64,000 bases of DNA, from assembly GCF_018977255.1 (NCBI RefSeq), contig NW_024704743.1, forward strand, positions 2,792,001-2,856,000, read 5' to 3'. Positions 14,485-27,719 of the stretch are shown here, piece by piece. A program made the translations under genes and the position numbers. The notes below the pieces were generated by a model, which was not told the DNA's origin, made no database searches, and saw nothing but the letters and a program-made list of their open reading frames with translations. Numbering within the stretch: position 1 is the first letter of the stretch; each line of letters opens with the position of its first letter. The stretch comes from Callorhinchus milii (Eukaryota).

Positions 14485-14848
14485 TAATAATAATAATCCT
14501 TGTATTTGATACAGCGCCTAATCACATCTTGAGACGTCTCAAAGCGCTTCACAGAATATACTGTAAAGTGGATTGATTATATTTTGTGGGCGAAACGCGG
14601 CAGCCAATTGCGCACATCAGCGTCCCACAAACAGTGGTGGGTTGAGTGGCCAAAATATTTGTTTATTTATTTACTTTTGGAGGGATTATTATTCCGGGAA
14701 AGCAATCTGCCAATCGACTAACAACCGCGTCCATACTGACGGCTAGGCAAACAGAGGCATGTGGAGTAAGAAAACTTGTCTAAGGGGTTGAACCCAGGTC
14801 CTCTCACTTGCGAGGTGAGAGCACTAACCACTATGCTACGTGACTCCA
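14485..14848 (-). mobile_element. tRNA-derived SINE, full length, nested in the unclassified repeat
   Basis: Complete head-to-tail match; both flanks (14400-14484 and 14849-14910) match consecutive parts of the unclassified repeat. Confidence 0.88.
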
Positions 14849-16040
14849 TGTTTGCCAACTACACATGGAAATTTCCCCATGTTTGGAGTTAAATGTGCAC
14901 TCTCTCTCTCTGGCACTGTATCAGACGCTGTGACAGCCTAAACTGTGTGAATACAAACCTCAAGAGATACTTGCAGAGCAAAGCCAACGTCAGTGGGTGA
15001 TTAACACTGTCGTTGTCTCTCACTTTCTGAGCCTTGGAGCTCACAAAAAAGCCAACAAAACGCATTTGTCTGACACGGAGATATTCAATGTAAAGCTGTA
15101 ACCCTTGGAGATGACCCTCGGCACCAATGATCAGTGCTTAATAACATCCACCGTTGTCATGGTAACCACAGACTATCTGGGACGGCCTCTAGAGAATTCT
15201 ACAGAAGGATCTGGCGAGCTCTGGTCAAAACAAAACACTAATCGGCACAGCAGCCTCTCTGTGGATGTGGAACTCAATGCTCAGGGAGGTCTCATCACCC
15301 GTCGGTGGACATTACAGTCTGGTTCAGGCTGTGAGCCTCCCTCCACTGTCCTCGGTTCAGGAGTTTGTGGGTTCGAGCCCACTTCGGGCCATGAGCTCAC
15401 AATCTAGGCCATGATCCATCTCACTGCATGTCAATGCCTTCAGACGTCCTCCCAACATGAAAGTAATAATAACAATAATCCCTGCATTTGATATAGCGCC
15501 TTACCATTGAAACGTCTCAAAGAGCTTCACAGAATATACTGTAAAGTGAAATGACTGAGCCATTCAGTTCACGGATCCTGTCTGTCTGCTTTATGTGTTG
15601 ATAAATCAGCTTCTTGTTTTACATTAATCTCACGTTTTGATCGTCAGCTCACATTATGAGGGTGAGCTCCATTTCATGGTATAACAGCGTCACCGGGTTC
15701 AGCTGATCACACTCTTGTCTCTGAGTCAGAATATCTGCTTTCCTGATTCCCCCGCCCCAGGGCAGAGCAAGGCGCGCACTGAGCTCCAGCTGTTCTCTCC
15801 GGACTCTAATGCCTTTACAAAGTGATTTCATTCGAAGTTAAATTAGGCAACAAGGAGACGAGGTTTGTGCTTTACCCAGAGTGAGAAGAAGACTTTGGGG
15901 ATAATAGTTTGGGCTCAGGGCCACACACAGACACGTATGTTGTTACTCCGTGACCAATGGAATGAGTGTTTTTTGTTTCACAAACTTCCCGTAACTAATG
16001 GTGGTTGAGCTGATAGCGCCAACTTCCTCTGTATAGCCAC

Positions 16041-16259
16041 TGTGCAAGTGTGTGTACACGTGTGTGTACGTGTGTGTGTGTGTGTATATATGTGTGTGTG
16101 TATATGTGTGTGTGTGTGTATATGTGCGTGTATATGTGTGTGTGTATATGTGTGTGTGTATGTGTGTGTATATGTGTATGTGTGTGTATATGTGTATGTG
16201 TGTGTGTATGTGTGTGTGTGTATGTGTATATGTATATGTGTGTGTGTATGTGTGTGTGT
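16041..16259. repeat. (TG)n/(TA) compound microsatellite
   Basis: Directly visible; CA-rich on the pre-mRNA strand. Confidence 0.97.
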
Positions 16260-16329
16260 CTCTGGTTGTGAAAACTGACTGAGCTGCAAAGCCATTTTAA
16301 TGCAGTTTAATGCAGTTTAACACAATTTA

Positions 16330-16800
16330 ATGCAATCTCTTGAAAAGAGGAGGGTAGGGGGTGACTTGATAAAGATCTTTAAAATGTTGAAAGGTTTAGA
16401 TAGGTTCGATATAGGGATGATGTTTCCACTTGTGGGGGAGACCAAAACCAGGGGCCATCAATATAAAATACTCACAAATAGATCAAATAGGGAAGTTAGA
16501 AGACATTTCTTCACACAGAGAGTAGTGGGAATGTGAAACAGGCTCTCGCTCTCTCTATTCACACACTCCCTCCCTCCATCTCTCTATATCTGGGAATATG
16601 GAACATCCTCCACAAGGAGTTGTGGAGGCAAATAACACAGATGTATTTAAGGGGAAGCTGGAGAGATACATGAGGGAGAAAGGAGTAGAAGGTTCTGTTT
16701 GAAGGCTTAGTTGAGGAAGGGCAGGAGGGGCTCATGTGGAGCATAAACACCGGCACAGACCAGGTAGGCCCAATGGCCTATTTCTGTGCTGTATGTTCTA
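16330..16800 (+). mobile_element. CR1-clade LINE 3' end
   Basis: ORF 16330..16536 SLEKRRVGGDLIKIFKMLKG...TRGH...RRHFFTQRVV is the typical CR1 ORF2 C-terminus; followed by a CR1-type 3' UTR. Confidence 0.92.
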
Positions 16801-17052
16801 ATGAATTCTAATATAGTTTAATGTAGTTTGCTGGGTGGCACGGCACTGTTAAAAACCGCAGACAGGTTTAGCAACCCTCACACGTGTGACAAGCTCTAGA
16901 TTTTAAATACAGCTGTCCCTGCTTGTCCTCTCAGCTGCTCTATTTTGCTCCGTGATTATTTTTATTGCAAAGTGCAAGGCAACGACCCCCACACCCTCCA
17001 TCCCCAGCCCACCCCCTGTTAAATCATGGTCTTTTTTTACCAAATAAAAATA

Positions 17053-17405
17053 TAATAATAATCCTTGCATTTGATACAGGGACTTATCACCTCTTCAAGA
17101 CGTCTCAAAGCGCTTGACAGAATACACTGTAAAGTGAATTGACTGTATATTTTGTGGGTGAAATGTGGCAGCCAATTGCACACAGCAGCGTCCCCACAAA
17201 CAGCCGTAGATTGAGTGACAATTTTTTTTTGAAGGAATGATGACCCCGGAAAAGCGATCCCCCAATCGACTAATGACCGGGTTCTACTTACTGTTAGGTA
17301 AACAGAGGTGTGTGGAGTAAGGAAACTTGTTTAAAGTCTTGCCTAAAGTTTCGCCCTGACCGGGAATCATGTTGACAATATTCATTCCCTATCCACTGAG
17401 CTTCA
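17053..17405 (-). mobile_element. tRNA-derived SINE
   Basis: Body and tail match the family; head decayed. Confidence 0.85.
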
Positions 17406-19445
17406 CTTCCCAGCTGTTTTGGGTCTTTGCTGTTTGCAAATTGGCTGCAGTATTCGCCTACAGAATACATAGTCACTACACTTTACATCAAATCTCTTGA
17501 AGCGCTTTGAGATGTCTTGTTGAAGCGAAAGGTACCATGTCAAATGCAAGAATCAACATTATTACTACTTATAATAATACAATATAATATAATAATAACA
17601 ATAACAATAGTTGTACACCTGCATTGAGAATACCCTGTATCGGCCTCCTGCTGCTATTGAAAGTTCACAAGCTTTTCGAAGTGCTTCATTTCTATCATTT
17701 TTTGGTACTAAAATCTTGTGCTGACCGTTTCTCCCTCAAGAACATCACTGAGCTCCCCCTGCTCTCTCTCTCTCCTCCACAGCTATTATCTTCCAGCACT
17801 TGGTGGGCAACAATAGCACTTTAATCCAAGAGTTCAATTATGTTGTTCAGCTGCACTTGCAGTGCAGAACACAGTGTAGTCGTGTGCACACAGAGAGAAT
17901 TGCTTGGGCTGTACCTGTGCTGTTGTACATACAGTTCTGGTCACTGTGACATTAAAAGGGTCAGCGTAGAGGACAGCAACAAGGTGGTTTCCCAGTATCA
18001 CTGGGATGTGCTGTGTTACAGCTCTTTGGCCTTGAGAAGAGACGCCTCAAAGCAGACCTGATAGAGGTTCAGTAGAACCTTGTTATAAGTGGTTGAATTA
18101 TAGGCGTGTGCCCTGCAGACTCTACAGTGGCTTCATAACACTACACAATGGCTGACTTACCAGGTCAACATTCATGTCCCTTGAAGCTCCCCAGGACGCT
18201 ACCCTGAGTGAAGGGGGCAATATATCAACAGCAAGTAGTTGTTGTTGTTGTCATCTCCTGCAGCAGGGACCTGACCTGATGATCCAGAGCCATTGTGTAG
18301 CTCCTGGCCATCTGTCCGAACACATTGACAGTTATTAACTAAAACACTGACAGGCGATTGTGCCCACTGGTCGCTGTGTAAGGTCGATTGGGATTTTAAG
18401 GCTTTTTTTTAACCCAAACTCTTTATTTACCTTCAGCTATCTCCATCACAGGTGTAAGTGCAGTGTATCAGGTGTGCAATAAGGTGGCGAGGGCTGTTTT
18501 GCTGGGACAGAATCTCTTCAATAGTGAAAATGATTCACAAAAACTTGCATTTATGTCGGGGCCTCAAGTCGGATATCGTCTCAGAGCATTTCACAAAGAT
18601 GGAGGCGGATGCAGAATCGGGAAGTGATTTGAAGATGCTTATCTTACATTAGAAACAAAGTCTGCAACATGCTGTCTGTTGCCAATGTTATTTGTTTTAT
18701 CAGGAAATCAGGAGAAAGTCACCACTGTGGGCAAAGTCAGCTTCCATCGTAATGTTCTCTATTGCATTGAGAGACTGTGAGCTTCACTTCATATTCAAGA
18801 CTGAGGTTGATAGATTTCTATAGGACAGAGGGATTAAGGGGATAGAGCGGGTAAATGGAATTAGGTTAGAAGATCAGTCATGATCTTATTACATGGCAGG
18901 GCAGACTCGAGGGGCCGAATGGCCTACTCCTGCTCCTATGGTCTTATGGTCTTCACTGCAGTAACACAATAACCTGTGATACCTGTGCCTCAGGGTAATG
19001 GCTTTCTGAACGTTGTACACAAACTGCACACAGGAAATTATATCAGCCGCGCTTCCTGCATCCAGATCACAGGAAATGACATCAGGGCACTTCCTGCACA
19101 TATAGTACGTCTCATTATAACACAAAGTCTGATTTTATAAACACAAACCAGGTTAAGTGGACGTTCTCGTGTCTCACCTTTGACTGAGGTTAAACCATCT
19201 TCAATAATTCCAGTGGACATTATTAGCCCCCATGGCACTATTTCGAAGAGCAGGATGTCCTGGCCAATATTTATCCAGCCCAGATTCATTACAATATGCA
19301 AATAATATTGGCAATATGGCCATTATTATTTGCATATTATTTGCCAATCTTGTTTGTCAAATGTTGTTAACATGGTTAGCTGTCATTTTTGCCTGCAAAA
19401 TCATTACTCTGCTAACAAATGCACTGAGTGAAACATTTGAGATTT

Positions 19446-19827
19446 GTGGAATCTTATAGCTCAGTGGGTAGAACACTCGCCTCACAAGCGAGAGATCTGG
19501 GTTTGATTCCCAGGCAGGGCGAAACATTGGGCAAGTTTCCTTACTTCCCATACCCGTTTACCTAGCAGAAAGTAGGAACCCAGTTGTTAATCAATTGGCG
19601 GATCGCTTTTCTGGGGATAATAATTCCTTGAAAAATAATAATAATAAATTGGTCACTCAATCCACGGCTGTTTGTGGGGACCCTGCCGTGCGTAATTGGC
19701 TGCCGTGTTTTGCTCACAAAATTTACAGTCAATTCACTTTACAGTGTATCCTGTGAAGTGCTTTGAGACGTCTCGAAGACGCGATAAGGCGCTGTATCAA
19801 ATGCAAAGATTATTATTATTATTATTA
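19446..19827 (+). mobile_element. tRNA-derived SINE, full length (long form)
   Basis: A box TAGCTCAGTGG, B-box-like GGTTTGATTCC, (ATT)n tail. Confidence 0.9.
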
Positions 19828-20834
19828 GGTTGTTCTGCTCATCGTGTGTCAGTTTGGCTCAGTCTCGCCTCCGAATCAGAAGGTTGTGAGTTCAAGTCCC
19901 ACGCCAGCATTTGGAATCACAGAATCTCACACAGTCTAAGCTGAATCCTGTGAAGCGCTTTGAGGCGTCCTCCTGACATGAAATTCGCTATATCAAATAT
20001 TCAGGGATTATTATTATTAATCATATGAATTATTATCAAATCCAACATTCTTCTCCGTACTTTCGGGAGTTATATGAAAATCATTAATAAAAACAGATTG
20101 GAAGCATCAATATTCATGAAACTGGTGTCTGATGATTCCTCGCCAGGTGGGAGAGGAAATGAGAGCATTTTATCTATCTGCGTAGAACAGTGTATGTGAC
20201 TGCAATACTAATCTTTGGTGCAGGCTCACTCATAATTTAAATCATTCATGAGAAGAGCTATACATAATGGCTCTGATCGACTACTTGCTGCAGGACATTT
20301 TTTTTACAAATAAATCGTTATTTGGTGACACAGTCGGGGGGGAATGGGGGGGGGGATTCGGGGGAAGTGGGGGGACTTGCACATGTGACAAAATATCTAT
20401 TAGTAGGTAGATCCACATTTACAGCACAGCGGAAGGCCAATTGGCACATCATGTCCTGCTTGTTAAAAGAACAATCCCATTCAGCCACAATATAACTGGG
20501 AGGACGTCTGAATGAGCTTCACACGGCTGCCTGGGAGTCTGAGATCAGGGGAGACAGAAATGGCTGAAAGTATAGTTGAAGAGGAAGGTCTTAAGCTGGG
20601 CCAATAGAAAAGTGCAGCTGCACATTTTCTGTGGAATCCACTACAAATATCCTCCTCCACTATACACCTGTACACACAGTGTGCCACACTACACACCTGT
20701 ACACACAATGTGCTGCACTACACACCTGTATACACAGTGTGCCCCACTACACACCTGTATACACAGTGTGCCCCACTACACACCTGTACACACAGTGTGC
20801 CACACTACACACCTGTAAACACAATGTGCCCTAC

Positions 20835-21133
20835 TACTACTAATAATATTCCTTGCATTTGATATAGCGCTTTTCACGTCGAGAGGACGTCCCAAAGCGC
20901 TTCACAGAACACACTGTAAAGTGAATTGACTATATATTTGTGGGCGAACGCAGCAGCCAATTGCGCACAGCAATGTCCCACAAACAATCGTGGATTGAAA
21001 ATGACCAATTTATTATTGCTTTTAGTTTTGGAGGGATTATTATTAGGCTCTGTGTGGAGTAAGGAAACTTGCCCAAGGTTTTGCTCTGCCGGGAATTGAA
21101 CTCAGCTCTAACCACTGAGCTACAGGACTCCAC
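20835..21133 (-). mobile_element. tRNA-derived SINE, short subfamily, with a deletion in the head
   Basis: Highly similar to 21471-21794 and 45128-45453. Confidence 0.92.
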
Positions 21134-21470
21134 AAACTACACACCTGTACACACAATGTGCCCTACTATACACCTGTGCACACAGTGTGCCCCACTACAC
21201 ACCTGTGCACACAGTGTGCCCCACTGCACACCTGTACACACATTGTGTGCCCAATACACACCTGTGTACACAGTGTGCCCCACTACACACCTGTGCACAC
21301 AGTGTGCCCCACTACACACCTGTACACACAATGTGCCCCACTACACACCTGTGCACACAGTGTGCCCCACTACACATCTGTACACACAATGTGCCCCACT
21401 ACACACCTGTACACACAATGTGCCCTACTACTACTACTAATAATAATAATAATACTTTTTTCCAGATAAA

Positions 21471-21794
21471 ATAATAATAATAATCCTTGCATTTGATATA
21501 GCGCTTTTCGCGTCGGGAGGACATCCCAAAGTGCTTCACAGAACACACTGTAAAGTGAATCGACTGTATATTTGTGGGCGAACGCAGCAGCCAATTGGGC
21601 ACAGCAATATCCCACAAACAGTCGTGGATTGAAAATGACCAATTTATTATTGTTTTTGGGTTTGGAGGGATTATTATTAGGCTCTGTGTGGAGTAAGGAA
21701 ACTTGCCCAAGGTTTCGCACTGACCTGCGTGGAATTGAACTCAGGTCTCTCACTTGCAAAGCGAGTGCTCTAACCACTGAGCTATAGGACTCCA
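21471..21794 (-). mobile_element. tRNA-derived SINE, short subfamily, full length
   Basis: Intact A/B boxes and TTGCA anticodon-like loop on the minus strand. Confidence 0.92.
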
Positions 21795-22249
21795 CACTAC
21801 ACACCTGTACACACAGTGTGCCCCACTACACACCTGTACACAAACCTGTCCTCCCCCCATTGGCACATTTCAGATTTCTTATTATGAAATGTGTAAAGAA
21901 ATACCGCAAATTAGACAGCATTGTATTGCAATTGGGGAAACGCATTTTACTTCTCATTGTAAACCGATTTGCTGCTGAGCCAGACCTGACGTGTTCTTGT
22001 GTTGCATTCAGAAAATCAATGAACTGCCAAGGCACAGAATTGACATTTCAAGCTGAGCTCTGATCAAAACTCTTATCCTTATTAACGTTGCTGCTTGTTA
22101 AACCATCTGCACTTTAAGTCAATGTGTCAGCAGACTGAAAAAAGGAAAGGGAAAAACAACATGATGGGAATCTAATGGACAAGTAGCTTCTGGTTCCACA
22201 ACTAGAATCTCCTCATTCACTGGAAATCTCCTCATTACACTGGGAATAA

Positions 22250-23230
22250 CATAACATAATATGTAGGAGCAGGAGTAGGCCATTCGGCCCTCGAGCCTGC
22301 CCCACCATTCAATCATGGCTGATCTTCTCATCTAACTCCAGCTAATAACCTGACCGTGCCTTATCCCCATATCCCTTAATCCCTTTTGCAATAAGAAATC
22401 TATCAATCTATCTATGAGGTGATCAAGATTGGGCTGTGTATTGTACTGTACTCTGCAAGTGATCAGGATTGGCTGTGTATTGCACTGTACTCTTCAAGTG
22501 ATCGGGATTGGGCTGTTTACTGTACTGTACTCTGCAGGTGATCAGGATAGGGCTGTGTACTGTATTGTACTGTACTCTGCAGGTGATCAGGATTGGGCTG
22601 TGTATTGTACTGTGCTGTTCTCTGCAGTTGATCGCGGCAGCTGACTTGCGCACAGCAATAACATAACATGTAGGAGCAGGAGGAGGCCATTTGGCCCTTC
22701 GAGCCTGCCCCGCCATTCAATCATGGCTGACCTTCTAATCTAACTCCAGCTAATACCCTGACCCTGCCTTATCCCCATATCCCTAAATCCCTTTTGCAAT
22801 AAGAAATCTATCGACTTCAGTCTTGAATATGTTCAAGGACTAAGCGTCAACAGCCCTTTGGGGTAGTGAGTTCCATACATTCACTGCCCTTTGAGTGAAG
22901 AAGTTCTTCCTCAACTCAGTGCAAAAGGATTGGTCCCTGATTTTAAGGTTGTGACCCCTGGTTTTAGTTTCTCCAACCAGGGGAAACAATCTCCCACTAT
23001 CTGCTCTATCATGCCCTTTGATGATCTTATAGGTTTCTATAAATCTTTCCTAAACCTAAATCTTTCCGCACACCTACAAAATTAGCCTTATTTAAATTCA
23101 GCATACTTGTCTCGGATTTAACTATATTCCTCTCTAACTTAATGCAGAATTTAATCATATTGTGATCACTCTGCCCTAGAGGAGTCTTAATAACTACATT
23201 GCCGACGAGCCCTGTCTCACAAATAGCCAC
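22250..23230 (-). mobile_element. CR1 LINE fragments (duplicated 3' end plus endonuclease-region piece)
   Basis: 3' UTR copies at ~22250-22415 and ~22657-22900; ORF 23027..23230 carries the CR1 APE-end motif PLGQSDHNMIKF...NLNKANF. Confidence 0.85.
22417..22632. repeat. ~40-bp minisatellite (GGTGATCAGGATTGGGCTGTGTATTGTACTGTACTCTGCA)
   Basis: About 5 tandem copies between the two CR1 3' ends. Confidence 0.9.
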
Positions 23231-23761
23231 AATTTTATCTGGAGGATTGTCTGTCGGAACATAAGGAGAAACTCGCTTCTCATTTCAAATAGTCTTATAG
23301 GATCAACTGGCAGGAAGTTGGTTTCAGATGTTATCCGAAGGACAGCACTTCTGCCAAACCCCACACGCAGGACTGGAGTGTCTATTCCCCACCTCGCTCG
23401 CTCTCTGTCCTTCATTGGGCTCTCAATGGCTTCTGTGTGACTCACAGTGAAGGAAAGGGCTGGTGATTTCTCTTTGAATTACAATAATTCAAATTGAATC
23501 TTCCAAATAATTGCCTCTGGAAAGACAGTGAATCCTGCCTCTGACAATCATTTATCCCCTCTGTGTTCCAGAGAGTACGGGCTGCAAATAATATGCTGGG
23601 ACGAGCCAACATTTCATCCCTTTCCCACCAGTCAATTACAGGGTAGTCTCCAGCATCAGTTGTTAACACAGCTCAGCACCGCTATTTAATCTGGTTCAAC
23701 AACAGGACTCAGAAATGTGACGATAAATAGAAAAAATCTTCATCTTCTGCAAAAGGTGATG

Positions 23762-24035
23762 CTGTGTCCCTCCCTGTGTCCCTCCCTCTGTCTCTTCCTG
23801 TGTCTCTCCCTCTGTCTCTCCCTGTGTCTCTCCCTGTGTCTCTCCCAGTGTCCCTCCTCCCTCTGTCTCTCTCTCTCTCTGTCCCTCTCTGTGCCTCTCC
23901 CTGTGTCCCTCCCTCTGTCCCTCCCTGTGTCCTTCCCTCTGACCCTCCCTGTGTCCCTCCCTCTGTCCCTCCCTGTGTCCTTCCCTGTGTCCCTCGCTGT
24001 GTCCCTCGCTGTGTCCCTCACTGTGTCCCTCACTC
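23762..24035. repeat. 12-bp pyrimidine-rich tandem repeat (TCCCTGTGTCCC)
   Basis: Directly visible; explains the overlapping low-complexity ORFs. Confidence 0.95.
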
Positions 24036-24374
24036 TGACGACTATTATTTTTATCAGCCGGGTGTCTGACACATGTAGAAATCTGTAACTCCAGCCCTTG
24101 CCTCACAAGCGAGAGGACCCGGGTTTGATTCCCAGGTTTAGGGTGAAACCTTAGGCAAGTTTCCTTACTCCACACTTTACAGTATATTCTGTAAAGCGCT
24201 TTGAGACATTTCAACTACGTGATAAGATGCTGTATTAAATGCAAGGATTATTATTATTAATAAAAGTATCCAGACCAGACTTTTTGTAATGTATAAATAA
24301 GATAAATATCATGAAACATATGGGCCAATTAATGAGTCAGGCCAAGGAGAGGCAGTGGATTTTAATGTAAATAA

Positions 24375-24690
24375 ATATTAATAATAATAATCCTTACATT
24401 TGTTTTAGTTTTTGTTTTAGTGCCTTTTATGTCAGGATTCACAGGATGAAGTTGGATTACTCCATTGTAAAGTGGAATGACTTGTGTATTGTGGGTGAAT
24501 GTGGCAGCCAGTTTGCACAAAGCAATGCCACACAAACAGCTATAAAGTGAATGACCAAATTTTGATTGGGACAAGACAGGGGGATTGTTGGTCAAGACAT
24601 CAGGAGAGAGAAACTCCCTTCTCTTTTCAAATAGTGCCATACAGTCCTTAATGTCCACCTGAAAAGGCAGACAGGGCCTTGGTTTGATGT
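24375..24690 (-). mobile_element. Deu-domain SINE fragment
   Basis: AAATAGTGCCAT...TTAATGTCCACCTGA...GGCAGACAGGGCCTTGGTTT block. Confidence 0.75.
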
Positions 24691-25984
24691 ATCATACAAC
24701 AACAGCAACTTGCATTTATATAGCGTCTCACATAGGGCAGCATTCCAGAGCATTTAAACCATCCAGGAAAAATTCCTTTCCCATTTTGAAATGCCCTTTA
24801 ATGCACAAAACAGGTCACACACAAGGTGAAGGGGTGTTGATGGCAGAGGAGGAGAGGGAAGGAAAAGGATTCGAGTCTGATTAACAATCATTCACCAAAG
24901 ACTTCCAGTCACCTCAAAGGCAGCATCAACAAAGCTAGTAAATTATTCAGGTGCATTTCAAGGGCATTTGACTGTAAGTCAAACTAAGTTATTCTAACAT
25001 TACGAGGCCAGTTTGAGGATCTTGGGTTTGAAGAACAGCATTTGAAGAGTCTCTGTCAATGGTGGCAAATCTTTATGGTCGTCCCACAAAATAAATGTTT
25101 CTGATTGAATAGATCTTATGCCTTAAATCAATAAATATTCAATGAAGAAAAAAATTGAAAAATCACCAATGATTGAACGCAGACTTACCTAGACTCGTGT
25201 GAATGTTTGGGAAGCCACAGGTTGGCGAATGGTCTATTTGTCAGAAAAAGGCCCCACAAGTGGAATATGCATTTCCCACAGGGCAACATTGCAATATTGA
25301 GCCCTGCACATCAGTCAGTGTGTGTTGTTTAGGGGCTCACAAGATCAATTCAGATGAAGAAAGCCCTAGGGTCCATCTGATCTCATCCTTCCTGAACATC
25401 CACCCTACTGTCCACCCATCACACTATCAAGCTGTGAGTCCAGTGTCCTGGCCTTATTCACCGTTTCCTGGCAACCTGTCCTAGTCATTAATTACCCTCT
25501 GGGTAATGTAAAGCTCTGGTATCTGTCTTGCAATCGCACTTTGCAGCTCTAATCTGATGGCCTCAGTTTTGGCCAATCCTGTTACCAATCCCACAAACTA
25601 GACCCTGTGTACCTGTTGCCAGCTAAAGCCTTGGTTACCTGGAGAGAAACAAACTATGAGGGGTCGCAGACCAAGTGAGTGTCTGGTGAGCGTCTGGATA
25701 ATGTGTGGACAACTGGTGAGTGTCACAGGATAGAGGCTGACTGCCACGGCCATCATTAACAGTGAGCTGTGGGTCAGCACACACAGAATTCATTACAATT
25801 CTCACAGCTCACTGGGATATTACATGACTTGTGACAAGACTACAAAAACTGTGCTCTGCATTCTTCATTTGACCTGATTCGATCTAGCAACACCGTCTTA
25901 AAATGTCAGTTTAGCTTATTCAACAGACAAGTCTTGAAACAGGTAATTTAAAAATATTTAACAGCCTTACATCCAAACTATTTA

Positions 25985-26302
25985 GGAGACGTCTCAAAGC
26001 GCTTCACAGGATATACTGTAAAGTGACTGTATATTTTGTGGGTGAAAAGTGGCAGCCAATTGCGCACAGCAGCGTCCCCACAAACAGTCATGGATTGAGT
26101 GACCAAATTATTTTTTTAAGTGATTATTTCCCACGGAAAAGCGATCCGCCAATCGACTAACAACCAGTTTCCTGCTTACTGCTGGTAAACAGAGGCGTGT
26201 GGAGTAAAGAAACTTTCCAAGGGTTTTGCCCTGCTCGGGAATTGAACTCAGGTCCTCTCACTAGCGAAATGAGTGCTCTAACCACTGAGCTAGAGGACTC
26301 TA
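25985..26302 (-). mobile_element. tRNA-derived SINE (long form)
   Basis: Head and body match the family. Confidence 0.88.
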
Positions 26303-27719
26303 CATTTACATTGAAAGAGATGATATTCTAACAGCAGCATTTTGCCCAATACCCAAACTGGGTGTTTGCCTGGATCTGCGATCTCCCCCGTTGATAGTTT
26401 TTAATGAGTGTTAATTCCAGCTGGTGTTCTGCGGTCTGGATAAAGGATACTGCGGTTGAAAGATTGCCTGTATTTGCCCATTATCCTGAGTAAACACCAG
26501 GCATCTGCTCTGGCAATTAACTTTGAACAAGGCTTCATTTCTCCTTTGGTGGAAGCGAGCAGGAAAAGAAAGCTTTGCAGGCCAGTGAGCATGTGAAAAA
26601 TAGCTTACACGAAGCAAACAGCAATCACTTTGACTCTACAAGTCATCCCATCCTAACTGCTTGCCTACAAAATACACAATAAATCCTGTGAAGGACTTTG
26701 AGACGTCCACCCGACATGAAAGGTGATATAATCAAATAATAATGATCCTCGCTTTTGATACAATGCCTTTCACCTCAGAAGGATGTCTCAAAGTGCTTCA
26801 CTTGATATAAGTAAGGTGTAGTGGATGTTAAAATAAACAGTCACTACACTTTGTAGTAAATCCTGTGAAGCACTTTGAGATGTCTCCAGGATGTGATAAG
26901 GGCTATATCAAATGCAAGAGGATTGGGAGGATTGTTGGCCAGGACATTGGGAGAGAGAAACTCCTTCTCTTTCCGAACCCCGCATCTCTATCGTTCCCCC
27001 TGAACAGGTAGATGGCATCTCAGTTTAACATCTCACTCAAACGATGGCCACTGATTTGTACAACTGGTCTGAAGTGAAGACAGTGGAAATCAGCCTGGTA
27101 CTGACCAGGGTCAGACTCCGCCACAGTGAAGCCCTCCGGGACGCTATCCGGCGGACAGGCGCAGTGTAAATGCAAGTTGTTGTTGTTGTTGTCATGGTGA
27201 CAGATTTTCCGCAGTTTGGGCTAACAATCCCACCTCCAAAAAAATAACAATCCCCAAAAAGGATAATTTGTATCAGTGAATGAAAGACAAAACAGAACTT
27301 CAGACGATCATCAGGTAACGTGAAATTTACAGTTGACGTCAGAAACTGGCTGCTGCTTCAGGTCGGTAGAAACTCATGTCCAAGAACCAGCAACGTACTG
27401 ACTTTTATAGCACCTTCTCTCACCATAACATCTCCACATGTGCCTCAGCAATTACTCTCAAGGGCGTTGACTGTTTCTGCAGGAATTTTGCACACAGGCA
27501 AGGAAGTGTTCAGCCACCGGTCTACCCCCTCTACCCCCCACTGCACACCCACACAAAATGGGGTGATTGACTGATCGAATCCGAGGATTATTGAAACTCC
27601 CTTCTCTTTCCGAACAGCTCCACAGGATCTTTAATGTCCACCGGGACACAATGTCCACAAGCTTTCCCACTGCTTGTCCAGCTAGGACCTCTCTACCCGT
27701 TAGGACTTTGACTTACAGG

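Larger units (their letters stand above)
20656..21842. repeat. ~29-bp minisatellite (CCCACTACACACCTGTACACACAGTGTGC) interrupted by two SINEs
   Basis: Three array blocks at about 20656-20834, 21134-21430 and 21793-21842. Confidence 0.95.

Noticed and set aside
23696..24214. 172-aa REGH/REGQ-repeat ORF
   Set aside because: Translation of a 12-bp tandem repeat plus SINE sequence.
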